A DNA stretch of 64,000 nucleotides from Phoronis australis (lineage: Eukaryota; Animalia; Phoronida). Numbering within the stretch: the stretch's first letter is position 1; every line of letters starts with the position of its first letter. Positions 12,585-26,900 of the stretch are shown here, one piece after another. The notes beneath the pieces are model-generated. The model was not told where the DNA came from, searched no databases, and saw nothing but the letters and a program-made list of their open reading frames with translations. The DNA lies in contig NMRA01000015.1 in assembly GCA_002633005.1 (NCBI GenBank), positions 786,297 to 850,296 of the forward strand. Reading direction: 5' to 3'. A program made the position numbers and the translations under genes.

Positions 12585-15500
12585 GTAAATTGAGTTTCCG
12601 TCAGAGCTCAGCACGACTGGTGTCTCGCCATTGATTTCCAACATTTTAAAAACTGAACGGAGTGGAATGAAAATGCCGTTCACAAATAACTTTACCAGAA
12701 ATTGTGAGACTTGTGTCAAAGACAAGAACAGAAATGACTTCATTTTGTGCTGCGATTTCCTCCCGAATTTCCTGAAGTAATGCATTGACACAAACGTCAA
12801 ACGGTGTGTCACTATACCCATGTGCTTTTCCGTTAATACTCTAAAGATTGCTGAAATGGGACCAGATTCATATATTGGATTATTGAAATTGTTCGTAGAT
12901 ATAGTTTTTGGACGTTTGAAAAATCCTTGTTTTATAGCTAAAAGCCTTGATATAATGGTTCACTTTCTGGGCCAAATAGTTGTATTTCATATATTGTCAT
13001 GTATTTGTGTACTAATAATAAATAAATAAATGTTTTAACATTTAAGAATGCTTGAAAGTTTTGTGGGATGTTTTGTTTACTCGGTTCCAGCAATGAAATG
13101 ACATTGTGTATTTGTTCTCGAAGACGACTAAGTTGTTTGCAGAAAAACATATAGCATTTAATTGTCATTTTGAAAACATCTGCCATGATACTCTTTTGCA
13201 TGGCTTATATACACTTGTTTTAATTTACTTCTCAAAAGGTCGAGAAAAGACAGCCAATCGGACATGAGCCCGATACAGAAAATGGACGACTCGCGCAGGT
13301 TTACGATGCCGTCTCGCGCTGGTTCCGTCTTTCGGGCAAATGGCGACTTTCGGTGGGCAACAGAGCAGCGTAGAAATATAGCTCTACGCAACAGAATTAG
13401 ATCATCTCTAGCTAGCTCGAGCAATGCTTGCAACATGCGAGTAGCCAAGGAAAGGTTACAGAAACTTTACTGGACAAATGTTCATAAGACGTCGTCGGCG
13501 ACGAACAGATCGTCTGTATGCGAATTGAACTTGAAGACAAAAAATTACAGAAATAAGAAACAATTTAACAATCTATTAGAGAGTCTTTCACGTGACTTAA
13601 AGAGATACGATAAACCATATTTAAGAATGCCGAGCGAAGTAAAGAAAAAGTTGAATTACCTGAAAGAGTATTTGCAAAGGAACGAAAGGCGAATTTCGTC
13701 CAATTTTAAAAGTTTGTCTAACCAAATGGCTGTAGTAGACTTGAATTTCAGTGTACCCCATTTGAGTCCTTTTCCAAAAAATCGATGGGTAAAGACAGCG
13801 CCCCGAAGAGACAAATTCCATTACCCTTGCACCTTGAACAACAGTACCGGACCCAACAAGAGCAAGGAGTCTGTTCAAACAAGCATAAAGTCCAAAATCC
13901 ATGTCAATAGGCAACAAAAGACCACATCTGGAAGTAAACCCACACTTTCGTCTCCCAAAATTTGTTCAGGGGATACAGTGAACGTGGTTCCTGATGATCG
14001 ACTTGACGAAATAAAAAACAGTGAGACTTGCAAGTCCACTTCGACTAGTGCACTCAACAAACCACGAAAACTTCAACTTCATAAGAGCTCAGAACCTCAG
14101 AAAAACGAAGATAATTCTGCTGGTGCGCCACCTGCTAATTCTCAAGTGAATAGTATGCCTGTCAAACAACACAGCAGCGGCGTGAAAGGTGCAACAAGCT
14201 GTACAGAAACTTCACAGAAACTTCAGAAGTTGACAATGTCAGAAAGAAATCTCAGTGGAGATTCAATCATGACAAAAACTGTCAAGACAAACTCCATGCC
14301 TCAAGTTCCTCTGAAGAAGATTTCAAACAAACAGAAAAAGTCTTTGTCCTTAAACAGTTTAAAGAAGCGGTCGTCGTCTAATTTTTCCGGGCAAAAAAAC
14401 GTTGAACGTTGTGTTCGTAATGACTGTTCAAAACAGATAAGCACCGGGGGAAGTAATTCAGACGTGTCGTCACTTCCTGCGATATTGCCTGGCAGTCAAG
14501 AAATGATCGCGCTGTTAAAGAAAAAGGCGGTAAGTATTTGTATTACAGTTCAGCATTTGGTTGAATTATAATGAACATGAATGATTATCATGACTAAAAG
14601 CGAAATGACTTACGGAAACGTTTTTGGGGAAAGAAGTTGCGCATTCACCCTCTGAAACATTGTTAATGGTGCCCAAAGCCAAATAGCCTACGAGCTCTTC
14701 AAGTTGTTGGCACTTTTTTCGAAGAAGCCCTGCAGGTTTTTAACGCAGTTGTTGAGTGTTTTATTGGAGATTGATGGTACCAATGTTAGTGCAGTTGGCT
14801 TGGAGTCTTTTAACCGAACACAGTTGTCGTTGTGCCTGTCCCTATCCCTCATAACATTTCTCCTGTTCCGATTGAGAACGCCAAAAGGAGTTGGCATTCT
14901 CAAATGGACATCTGAAATAGGGCTCTGAATGAGAAGACTTTTGAACAAGATAGACAAGCGTGTATAAATTACACACAAAATTACACGCGAATTTTCGAAA
15001 TAGATAACTAGTGGGCTCGGCAGGCAGAGTGTCCTGAATTACATTACGCACAAGTATACCGCTGAAGCTTTGATAAACCTAGTGCTCACTCAAATCTTTT
15101 ATGCGTGTTGAAATAAGGATAATACGACGGTATGTAAACTAATTATTTCAAAAACACGCCCCCACTTGACAAACTATGACAAAAGTCCATCTATCCTGTG
15201 TATCAGCGCTACGTGTAGGGACAATGGATCTGTGTATTGATGACGAACGATCCTCAGAAGTCCGTGTCTGGGCATCATTGCTCATACCTTGGTTTCGACG
15301 TTTGTATATACATGGTACGGGAATGAGCGCACCGAAAAGTAAAAATAAAAGTGAGATGATTATTGTTGATGCACTCCCCTAATCACCAACAATGTTATAC
15401 CGCTCCACCTAGAGTCGCCTGACAATTTCGTGGCTCCCAGTCGTCCCGGCTATTCCCCCCCGCAACCACGCGGTCGTCGTCGGCAAATTTTAATTTTGCT

Positions 15501-15982
15501 GTACTCCATCGTCGCTAACGCCCCCTTTCGGGGTGCCATTCGCCAGCAGTCTGCGCTCTCTTCTCCCTACCAAACCGTTTTAGTTGTCACGCCAGTAAAT
15601 GACTGCCACACTTCTGGTAGGGGAGGTAGCAGGGAGAAGGAATACAATTCTACCTTTGCCAGCCATGAAAGGTAGTACAGACGGGTGGTCCTGTATAAGT
15701 TCAACGCGAGTCGAGGATTTTTACAGGTGACATAATTTCGCTGAAATCGTCTGCTTGCACATTTATCGGATTGGCGTCCGTTCACGAATTTAAAGGTCAT
15801 TTTTGTCCTCGTGATTCAAGTTGTGGACACCACAATTTCTTTCTAAATTGTATTTACAGGAAAAAGAAGCACAAGAGACGAATGAACGCGTAACGAAATT
15901 TCTCGAATCCTTACCCAAGAAGCCATCAAGTAAACGAAGACCAGCTATTTATTGGACAAATGCTAAATTTGAAGAATTTTAG
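12385..15982 (+). CDS. Uncharacterised basic, Ser/Lys/Asn-rich protein (537 aa), three exons
   Basis: Exons 12385-12584, 13239-14529, 15860-15982 join in frame (phase 2 and phase 0) with GT-AG sites. Total 1614 nt ending in TAG. Exon 2 is a 1.3-kb open frame. No family recognised. Confidence 0.75.
13239..14529 (+). CDS. Orphan gene exon 2
   Basis: Polypyrimidine tract plus aag acceptor; 430 open codons; donor gcg|gtaagt. Confidence 0.8.
15860..15982 (+). CDS. Orphan gene exon 3
   Basis: tatttacag acceptor; EKEAQETNERVTKFLESLPKKPSSKRRPAIYWTNAKFEEF*. Confidence 0.7.
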   Translation, partial: EKEAQETNERVTKFLESLPKKPSSKRRPAIYWTNAKFEEF

Positions 15983-17458
15983 TTTGAAAAGTGAGATTTT
16001 AGAAAACCATTTCAGGATCTGTCATTAAATCACATGGTTTATCAGTGATTTTTACACGACTTCTTTTTCACTAGCTAAACTAAGTATCAACGAGGTTTGT
16101 ATTTCAAGTCTATAATCGATCAGGGGTTCTTTTGAAATTGCCCGGTAGGCTTGCGATAAAAACGCATTGCTCATAAGTATCAGTGAAAATAATTGAAGAC
16201 CGGTCAGAGTCATGTGATAGAAGCTATTCGCGCTAATGTTCTTGATTTTTCCAAGTTCCATCGACGTCGCCAACTGAAACCCCGCCATCTCCGCAGGCAT
16301 TTACGTGGATGCAGTCACCATGAATCCGGAATTGAAAGTCTGACAGTTTCTGAAAATTATTATACATTCTGTCATTGACTCAGAATCCTGTGTACTGTAA
16401 ATGATTTTTAATGATGTCATGATTTTAGTGAACCATGGAAGTTGTATTTCGCCTTGTTTGTTGAAAATTGAATCACGTCTTTTACTATCATAAAATCTGT
16501 CTCACAGAATTCCTTGCAGTTATATGATTCTATATCCGTTACGTACTCAAGTTACATACATGTTGGAAGTCACAGTTTTATAGTTGGCCAACAGCGCTTC
16601 CTTGAATCGATACTCGGGAATAGAATCCTATCTCGGTAAGGAATAATATAAGACCAATTTGTTAAGAGTAAATGACTTAATTCGAATTCCTTTTTTCTGA
16701 GCTAAACTTGACGAGATGCAGCTTTATGGTTTATGGTTTCCAATGCAAGCACAATCGTCCCTCATGCGCGTTGTCCCGATAGAGGGAGTACTAAATTATT
16801 CACCATGTTCTGGGACAATTAAAACAACTTAATTACTCGATAACAACGTTTCATGTATTCTATTTTTCAAGTCCACTCAGCTTGGCAAACCCCCTTTTTA
16901 GGCCTAACACGTAACTTGATAGTAGCGACTGGCAATAAAGGCTGCAACAGGAACAGCTATGTAGTCCTCACTTGCAAACGAACGTAAATTTTAAACCAGG
17001 ATAGACAATACAACTCACATCAATGTAATGATAGGAGAGATATTTCCTACATAAACGAGTGCTGCTATACGTCGCAGTCGTAGCTTTTATCCCTCGGATC
17101 TCAGGTAAGCTGGTCAGCGGGGTTATCGGTGAGAGTAATGATTTGGTATTATAATGGCATTTAAAAGGCTTTAATTGCAATACTTGTAACCAACGGACTT
17201 TTTCTTTGTATCGAGTACTAAATAGCAATTAATGAATACTGACCCTGGGGCGGACTTCGTCAAGATGCAAGTTAGCGGACTGATTTTTTCTGACATCATA
17301 GACATTTTAAATGTACTCCAAAAATTGATAATAGTCCTACGTAGCTGTTTGTTAAAAATGGTGTTCTCGGGTATCGGTTAGTGAGCATGTCTCAAAACAA
17401 CCGGGGGAAGTCAACGGGTTCCCAATTAGCTCAGTCGTGCATGGTGAAGTTGTTTTCT

Positions 17459-17938
17459 CTATTTTAGACGAGAGCTTGCGCTACCGAGACTTGAGGTCCT
17501 CAAAGACTCGTGCGTTGTTATACTTGTTTCACAAAAAGCGTGCGGTCTGTTTTTACAACATAGGGAAGAAAATATTTTCGGATTATAACATTTCGGGTCT
17601 GATATCATTTTGACAAGCACGTTTTTTCTTACTTTACATACAGATTTAATATTGTCGTCAAAAACAACGTCGTCTTCAATCTCGCCCATCTCACTCATCT
17701 TCTCATTTCGAACATTGCATTCGTCCTCGACGAGATTTCTCCTGTAGTCTGCTTCCAGGATTTTTCCCGCGTTTTCTCGAATAACATTCCACGCGTAGAT
17801 GACGTCGTCAGTGATTGCGCCTTCGGCACAGATGGCAAATCTGATGACGTAGTCGCCTTTAAGCAGAGCAGGAACCATGTGCAGCTTTCCAGATTCATTG
17901 ATAGCCATTAAGAGCTCTTGGGTGAGATGGTTTGGTCC
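17459..17938 (-). CDS. Tdc: Tdc terminal exon 12
   Basis: [24 protein letters not shown]...[14 protein letters not shown]...SSRLK, stop TAG. Confidence 0.92.
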   Translation of the reverse strand, partial: GPNHLTQELLMAINESGKLHMVPALLKGDYVIRFAICAEGAITDDVIYAWNVIRENAGKILEADYRRNLVEDECNVRNEKMSEMGEIEDDVVFDDNIKSVCKVRKNVLVKMISDPKCYNPKIFSSLCCKNRPHAFCETSITTHESLRTSSLGSASSRLK

Positions 17939-20900
17939 CTGTGTCACAGAAATATATCATTGGCTCAAAGGAATTGATGCATATAGGTGTGGAAGAGGTG
18001 TTCAAGAAAGACTACAGCTAACTTTTTCAAGTTATTTACACCTGTTACTGGTATAGAATTACAGGGGTGGATCCAGGATTTTGAGTTGGGGGGGGCAGGG
18101 CAAAGTATTAGCCAGGATTTTGCCCGTCAGACATTCGCACCCCCCGTACTGCCAAATGGAATCTGGGAGAATTTTAGGGGGCCATGGCCTCCTTGGCCCC
18201 CCTCCGAATCCGCCACTGGAATTAGTCTCGGCTTCTTCGTTACTCAAATGAGAAGTGATTCATGGGCAAGCAAAGAACGTCATAATTGTTATTAGGAAGT
18301 CGTAACAAAGAACTAACAATTCAATTCTTGTATCTGTCATTTGGCGCCTATATTGTGGTATAAAATATTCTACGATGACAACATCCTGTCTATCGTTTCA
18401 TTGTTGTACAATAAAATATAAGAATAAAAATACAATAAAATTTTCATTGGCTTCGTACTCAATCGACAAATTCACTGGATTGTTTCCCAGCAAACAACAA
18501 AAAACTCACTTTTAGCCTGAAGCACACGAGTCCCATTTTCACCTGGCCTTTGACTTCGAAGCGGTTATCTTGTCGTACCAAGCTTTCGAACTTCTTCGCC
18601 AACCGCACATGCTTTACAAAATAATTGGACGGCCCTTATTTATCATACAACACCGTTCACATTATACTGGAATTGAGCAAATGCCGATGTAAACCACGAT
18701 TTGTTCCAGATCAACATCATTAACACTACACGACTGTAGTAGTGAAAAAACGAAATCTTACCGTGGCAAATGCTAATTAGCGTTTTACGGATAAGGAGAA
18801 ACTGAACTTGCGCATTCAGAGCATAAAATTGTGGTAGATGGGTCAGTCAGTTCATTCAAACCACAGATTATAGACAACAGATTCGCAACTCCGACATTTT
18901 CTTGTGTACTATCTTAGGGAAGGAGCTACTCTCCTAAATTATCTTTTTCAGTTTGCGGTTAGTGTATTGTGACGGGAAATTCTCGCATCTCTTTTACTGT
19001 TTAGTACAACGAAAAAAAATCGGCATTGAAACGCTGTTCAAAGTCTTCCAATAGTAGAACTGTTGGTATCGTGAGTACTTTTAGCTTTAAATTAGATCTT
19101 TCACCTCGCGCTTTGTTTTATCACACATACTTCAAAACATAAAATGATACCATTTAAAGAAGGTTAAAATTGGTGCAAATCACTGTGATTGGCAGTAAGA
19201 CCATTCTCCAAGTTTACTCCAAATTGTTGCCTTTTATGCTGGAGACACAATTCATGTCAAATAAATGATAGCTTACTGGACTATGGTTATAAGAATTACC
19301 TCACGAATGTATTTCTGTAACCCTTCCACGCCGTAAGAACGCAGAACGAACCAGATTTTCAACGCACGGAAACGTCGGCTCAGTGGTATGCCCCAATGCT
19401 GCAACAAGCAAACAGTGGCCGCTAATCACCAATATATTAGCAATTGATCATTTCATTCGTCAAAATTACACGTAAAAACTATTTGAATAAATGTCAGATG
19501 AAATGAATTGGAACAAATCTTACCCTAAGGTCAATAGCACTGTCTCCATGACGATGCTGAAGATAAATTGGATCCACGTTCAGTCCTTCCGTCAAGTCGT
19601 CTCGACTTCGCACCCTATACAACAAATTGTGACACTAGACGGAGCCATATAGCCATATTCTCGTAAGTGACATTTCAACATCTGTTTTACTCTCACCATA
19701 CCATGTTCATCCTTCCCGCTTTCCCCCTATCCCTCACCGCATCTAATCCCACCCTCAGCTCTCCCCCTCCCTCCCTCCCGCCTTTCCTCTCCCCTCCCTC
19801 CCTCCCTCCCCCTTCCACTCTCCCTTCCTCCCTACTTGTAACTAAATACCGTCTACACAACCTCTTTCAGCACATTATTTTATTTATAGATATAAGATTT
19901 TTCAGTTTTGCAATGGATTGTCGCACAAACAATACACCAAGTTTGACCCAATTTATAGACCATTAATCTGTATCAAATCCCTGCACCAACAGAGCCTTCA
20001 AGCATCACTTTCTTACCACATCACGGAACAGTCAAAGTTCACTAACATCCACTTGTTCGGGTTGAAGTTCAGCGACTTCACATGCTGCGAAAACAAAATT
20101 GTGTGATTTCAGTAGTTTCATGAGCACATGTAGGCCACTACTTCCCCGTTTCACTGAAGGTATCCGTTTCAAAATCTTACCTTTTGATAATCTGTCATTT
20201 CTATTTTATTCATTCACTGTGAGCGTTTCTAGCTCAGTGAGTTGTATTGTCTTATATCACCGACCATTCCGTATCTGCCTAAATACTGTCAGAAGTTAAC
20301 CTTTAAATTCGCTCGCTCAAGGGCCACAAATAGGAACATAGTTTAGTGTTATATGTTATTGAAACGCGTGCAGATGGTAATTGCCTTCATTTGTCTGCAG
20401 GTTTGCGTCCACACTGCAGCTTACTCTGGGTCACGTTACACTAGAACAAGTTAATTTACCTCGACAAAGTGCCGTCCACACTACAAGTAACGTATACTGT
20501 ACCTTATTCATGGAACGAAATATTGCCAGGTTTAGTATTAGTGTGGACGATGCTTTAGAAATGCTTTATCGATGCTGTTCTTCAGGACACGCTATTTGCA
20601 GACGTACCTCAACTCCTTGCAACAAATACTGAAACTCTGGGCAAATCAAGGCATTTCCGGCGTAGGCAGCGTCGACGTGAAGCCAAAGACCCTCTTTCTC
20701 GCACACCTGACCAATCTCTCGTACATTATCGAAAGAGCAGCATCCCGTGGTACCCAGAGTTGCGCAAACGTAGAACGGTATCAACCCGGACCTCCGGTCT
20801 TTCTAAATAATGATAACAACAAAGAGCACACGATGATCTGTGAACTGTAACCGAAATCACATTCAACGTTTTGTTTCCCCCAAACACCTTCTCTCTTGAA

Positions 20901-23900
20901 AATGAAAAGCCGTTTGTGAAAAGCCATAACAGTTTTATTTTTTCGCGTAGGCACACGCTTTAACTTGAAGTGACGTAATCGGCGACAATGAAGCGTGAAT
21001 AGAATATGCAAAGTTACTCAGAATACAGGAATTTTTATCTCAGACAACACTTCAACATTTTCAGAGTAATTCATAGAAAATAATCTGAGTTTCTTACGTG
21101 AATGGTTTTCTCTTTTGTAATTTTAGCTATTTATGCTAATTCAGTCACACCCGACTTCCGCAGAACTTATTGTTGAACCACGTGACTGCCAGGTAACGCC
21201 TTACTCGGAAGTCGAACATCACAGAAATAATTACCGCCAAAACTACATAGGTTACAGCAGACATAATTATCAGTTCAGTTTTTCATAGTGGATTTGATCA
21301 TCTAGGAAAGCGAGTTATGTTAAATTATGCCGACAGACGGGGATCATTAAAAAACTCAGCTAGAGATTCAACCCGCAGTTCAAAACTGTAAAGTTAGCAC
21401 TATAAACGTCTCGAAAACTAGTCAAGGTTTCCGCTTGTTATTAATGAAACGAATATCAAAACAGTTTTGGATGGGAGAAGAATGCAAGCTCGCACGACTA
21501 GTATCCGAGAAAGCTTACATTTCATGAAACTGTTTCATAAATTGCGTGACTTGAGCATTGAGACAGAAGTTTGACCTCAAACTCTCTCATCACATTTTGG
21601 TCTCACACTCTCTCTTCACATTTCGTCTCACACTCTCTCTTCACATTTGGTCTCACACTCTCTCTTCACATTTCGTCTCACACTCTCTCTTCACATTTCG
21701 TCTCACACTCTCTCTTCACATTTGGTCTCACACTCTCTCTTCACATTTGGTCTCACACTCTCTCTTCACATTTCGTCTCACACTCTCTCTTCACATTTGG
21801 TCTCACACTCTTTCTTCACATTTCGTCTCACACTCTTTCTTCACATTTCGTCTCACACTCTCTCTTCACATTTCGTCTCACACCCTCTCTTCACATTTGG
21901 TCTCAAACTCTCTCTTCACAATTGTTGAAAAAGGTTTAGCAAAGTACACAGTATAGAAATACTTTACAGGAATTATCTCTATATGTATGTGTGTATATGT
22001 ATTATGCTTTCTAGCGCTTTCTGAGTTTAACTTCAATTATTGTACATTATATTTTTTCGAAATAAAAATGTTCAGCTCTTCTCACACGACAGTTCAACAC
22101 ACGATTTCGTTCCCAAATACTTATTATAGAGAGAGGATTCCTCTAATGTGCTTCGGCTCTTCGCCTCTTTTTCTCACATACACTCGGGTGATTGATCCTT
22201 GACTTATTTCACTCTGACTTTGATCAGTACTGTGCACACCGCAGCGTCGGCCATTTCCATGGTGTGCAATAAACAGCTGATGAGATCGCCGCCTCCATGT
22301 CAGTTTTAACTTTAATTTTTAACCTTTTGACTCTTAATAGACAGGTGATACAACTTCTAACCAGTCACTGTTATGTCACTCGACACTGGCACATTACCTG
22401 ACATATGGGAAGTCAGTGCTTCGAGTGTTGCATTCATAATGAAATACCAAAACATCTGATATATTCTTGTCTAGCTTTTCATGGACTACGGAAAAATCAC
22501 CTATATGGCAGTACTACATGCCCACAACATACAATGCATGGCAACAAATGGAAAAAAGTCCGTCAAATTTTTAAAAGATACATGCAAACTTCAAAACTTC
22601 TTTCACGGCGAACCTGTTGATTGATAGTAGGAGGGCTCTCTTGTTTCGTGCAATGGGCCCAATGCACGCACAAGTCATCAGACCATTCTTTAAAATTACT
22701 TTCTATGAAACCTTTATTTGTAATAATAAAATAAAAAACACACTATATTTCTCCGATCTAACCCAATGATTTCATCAAGTCAGTTCTATAAAAAACTAAC
22801 ACCCGAAATATCTTTTTCGGCTATGAAGCCGATCGTGTGTCCTCATAACAAGCAAGCATCGTCTCTATATACTTCCAATTTCAACGGTCGTCAAAATTTT
22901 GAGCTCGCTTCCCATCCCACGTCATAAAAAACTAACTCCATCTACACGACCACCAAGACACTCCTGTGGATACGAGGCGTGCCCCTAATTTGTACGCCCC
23001 CCCAAGCCGTAGCTGAAAGGACAATCCGTCAGCGGAACCTTACCTCTACCGCTTTGGCCAGAACTTCCCCACGAAGTGAATAATTCCCGTCTACGTCCAG
23101 CTGTCTAATTTTGACAAGAGCTAACATTCCAGCTTTTTCCACACAAGAATGAGCCTAGAGAATAATAACAAGGCGCTGAAATAATTTATTTGGTACAACA
23201 GCCGCATTAATTAGAACCGTCGTCACCAAGGCACGCTATTTTACCGACACAATGCAATTTTTACGAAAAACAAACAAACGGTGGTTTAAAGGAAGCAGCA
23301 CGGATTGTACAAACGTGGTGAACATTCCCTGGTTACACACTGTAGTGTAAACGGTGTGAAGATAAAAGTCGCTGCCGTGTATGCGCCTATATTCAAAATT
23401 CTTAAGTTCCATATTCAAAATAATGGGATTTTTTTCACATGCATATAAGCGCAGCAAATGGAAAAGAGTCACTGCCTGGCGATGGCAACCAAGGCCACTG
23501 TCTTAAAACTATTAATGCCTTACATGTCTTGAAATCAATATTTTCTGCATGAGTTGCTAATTTCGCACCGTTTTTTTCCCAAACCCACTATTACGTAACC
23601 ATTTTCAAGAGGCATAAAACGCGAAAACTCGAGACGAATCTACTTCTTGAGGATTCTGAATGTGAGTTGTTCACTTTGGATATTGCAAGAATTCCTAGAC
23701 AAAATCGTCAAATTCATTATTTTTGAAATACAGACGAAATACAAACTCTTTCATCCCATTACAGTTTTCATATTCTCCGGCCTTAATAACATACATGTGC
23801 GCATGCGCTCAAAGAAGTCTGACTGGCTGTTGCTGCTTGAAATCGTCACTGTTCGGTTTAATGAGATTAATTAATTATAGCTCATTAGGTCTGTTTACAT

Positions 23901-26900
23901 CAAAGGTCAAAGGTCAAAATTTCCATAAGGAAAAATGTGCTACGGCTATGTCTTGCAATAGCAAATAAGGAGACGTGCTTTGCTTTGTGGGTGAAAAATC
24001 AACGAAAATGTTTTGACATCAACAGATATTCAAAATCTTTAAGAACACCTGATGAACAGTTTGACGTCTATTTCAATGGCAGAAAACCACTTTGAATAAT
24101 ACAAGTTTGTTTTTTCCTCGTTCAATGCCACTTTAATATTCCAGAACAAGCCCAACAAATCCATCACAAAATGTTGCACGAACAGTGCTTGAAGTTTTGA
24201 TGTGTTTGTTTTTAACCACAAGCATAAATCTTTCATTCAGAAACAAATCAGTGATTGTTAACGGTTTTCAGGTTCATCAATAACACGAGTTTTCGGGTTT
24301 TGATATTTGGACGTATAGATTTAGGTTCCGTGACAAGTAAAATGAGGTAGAAAACGTAAAATAAGCTAAAATAAGCACATTGGAAGCATTGATGACCTTT
24401 AATATTTAGGAGAGGTGTACATTTTGTCCGTTTTAGTACTTTTCATTTAAATAGTTAAAGCGGATGCAATCCCAGGTTCCGTAAAAAGGGTGGAGCTTTG
24501 ATTTATACTACCGTTATTCAATCACATTTTATGTAAGCGCATGTGGCTAATTTGGAATATAGGCGCAACTCTATGTATGGGTGCATGAACCAAAATATGC
24601 GCGGATACTCTGCTTGTATACGAGATCTCATTTCTCCACCGAAAGTAAATTCTTTGTTACGATTGCACATGTTGATATTCTTGTCAAACAAACTTGTACG
24701 TACCATAGACGAAGAATAGGCAACAAGCTTCGAAAGTAAGACACCTTTCTCCACGAATGGATACTTTTTGTTCAGGTCAGCCATGTACTTGTGTCGAGCG
24801 GAGAGAAGGGAAACTAAGACACACTCGCTAGCTGAACCCTGGATATTGAAATGTCAAATGTATTAGTAAGTGAACTCAAGATCTAACCATTGACGGCAAA
24901 TAAAAACAACAATTTTTACGTGAAATGTTGTATTTCATGAACCGCATGAACTTTGTTTAAGCTAACCCATCAAAACTCCAAAATTCTCCAGCATACCACA
25001 TTTTACATTTACAGCGCTTCAGACGAGGCGTGGCATTCTTCCGTGAAAACATCCGGGCATGTGTTCTTAATAGTAGACATGTAACAAAGAGCTTTTTTCT
25101 TATTTTCAATCGTCGTAAGAGCTGAAGTTTCCACTGTGGTCATGATACAGGAAATTTAATGGTCCTAGTGTCCATAAATACGACTGAGAGTTTTTAAAGT
25201 GATCCGAGCGTAAGTCTATTCATTGGGTTAATTTCATAAACTTTATAGCCCTACATGTATATATTTTTGTCTGAGGATCGAGGTATGGGGAAACTATTTT
25301 CACTGAAGAAGTTAGATATCCCATCCTCAGCTATCGCTTACCTGTAATACGCCTCCTCCAATTCCTTTCTCGTGGAGAAATTCTGTCGGCAGACCTATCA
25401 TGTTTCCTGAAACGAAACCACGTGCTATTGATGATGTCGACTGACCTACCGTATTTTAAAAACGAAAGCACTTGCTATCGATGGCGCGGCAAAAGTTAAA
25501 GCGGTCGCAAACCCACCTTGCCAGCTCTGGATTGACTCCATGAGTTGGCTCTTCACTGCAGGCCATGTGCAGACTGTGGTCTTTAACACCACTCAACCGT
25601 CAGTTCATTCCTAACCCAAAAAACCCGTCCCTAAATGTATTTGGGTGAAAAGCAAGTGAAGATTAATTTAACAGTAATTAGATGTTTTTAGCGGCCAACA
25701 GTTGATAGTGGCTTTGAGATTACGAAACAGTGAGTCACACTATTCACGGGTGTACAAAAGAATTTCTAATAATCGGACACCTAAATAAACAGGACCGAGA
25801 CTTAAGAGCCTATCGCAGTATAGAACAACGGACAAACCTATTAAGCTTTACTGGATGTGGATGCAGGGTGAAGAAATAGGGTAAATTGCTCAAAATGTGA
25901 TAAAACATGCTATTTTAGAATCTTGGTGGTGCCTAAGTTTTATACAGTCTCTGAGCATCGGTCACAATTCAGGCAGAATAATAAAATTAGCAACACGATA
26001 TCTGACTGGGAACTCTTTTCAATGGAATGAATATTTTTAAGACTTCATAGAACTCCATCAAATTGGAAAAATATTTACGAGTAAACGTTGTTAAGAAGCA
26101 CGCGGACATTTTAGCACCTCTTGCTCAGAGTAATAAGCACTGCCTAACCAGCATGACTGTAGTCTAAAGCCGTTACAATGTGCAAAGTTTCATGCTTTTA
26201 TCACAATCTAAGCATTTTTTGTCACCGTGTTGAAAGACAGTAAGATAAGTGATTCGTAGAGCTGAGATGGCAACGGTCCTGTTTCATGAAAAGTGTCTAA
26301 GAACTCATAGCATTTAGGTTCTTCGATATTCGTCAACAAAAATTTTAGACCTCTCCTGCCGCTGGGGTGACATTTTGATTCTTCGCTTTCGTGGGTAAGA
26401 CATAAGTAGACAGCATGATAGCGTGTAGGCTGTGCTTAGGCATACGTCGAGCCAATTAAGTTACATGTATATAGAACCTCAGACTAAAAACTGTCCTTGC
26501 TAATAGATAAAAAGATAAAATTACCTAACCAATCGGTAACGACGGCTTCTAGCTCAGTACNAACCAAAATATGCGCGGATACTCTGCTTGTATACGAGAG
26601 TTCATTTCTCCACCGAAAGTAAACTCTTTGTTACGATTGCACATGTTGATATTCTTGTCAAACAAACTTGTACGTACCATAGACGAAGAATAGGCAACAA
26701 GCTTCGAAAGTAAGACACCTTTCTCCACGAATGGATACTTTTTGTTCAGGTCAGCCATGTACTTGTGTCGAGCGGAGAGAAGAGAAACTAAGACACACTC
26801 GCTAGCTGAACCCTGGATATTGAAATGTCAAATGTATTAGTAAGTGAACTCAAGATCTAACCATTGACGGCAAATAAAAACTACAATTTTTACGTGAAAT

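Noticed and set aside
21558-21956. His/Ser/Leu-rich ORFs in three frames
   Set aside because: 25-bp pyrimidine-rich minisatellite inside Tdc intron 6
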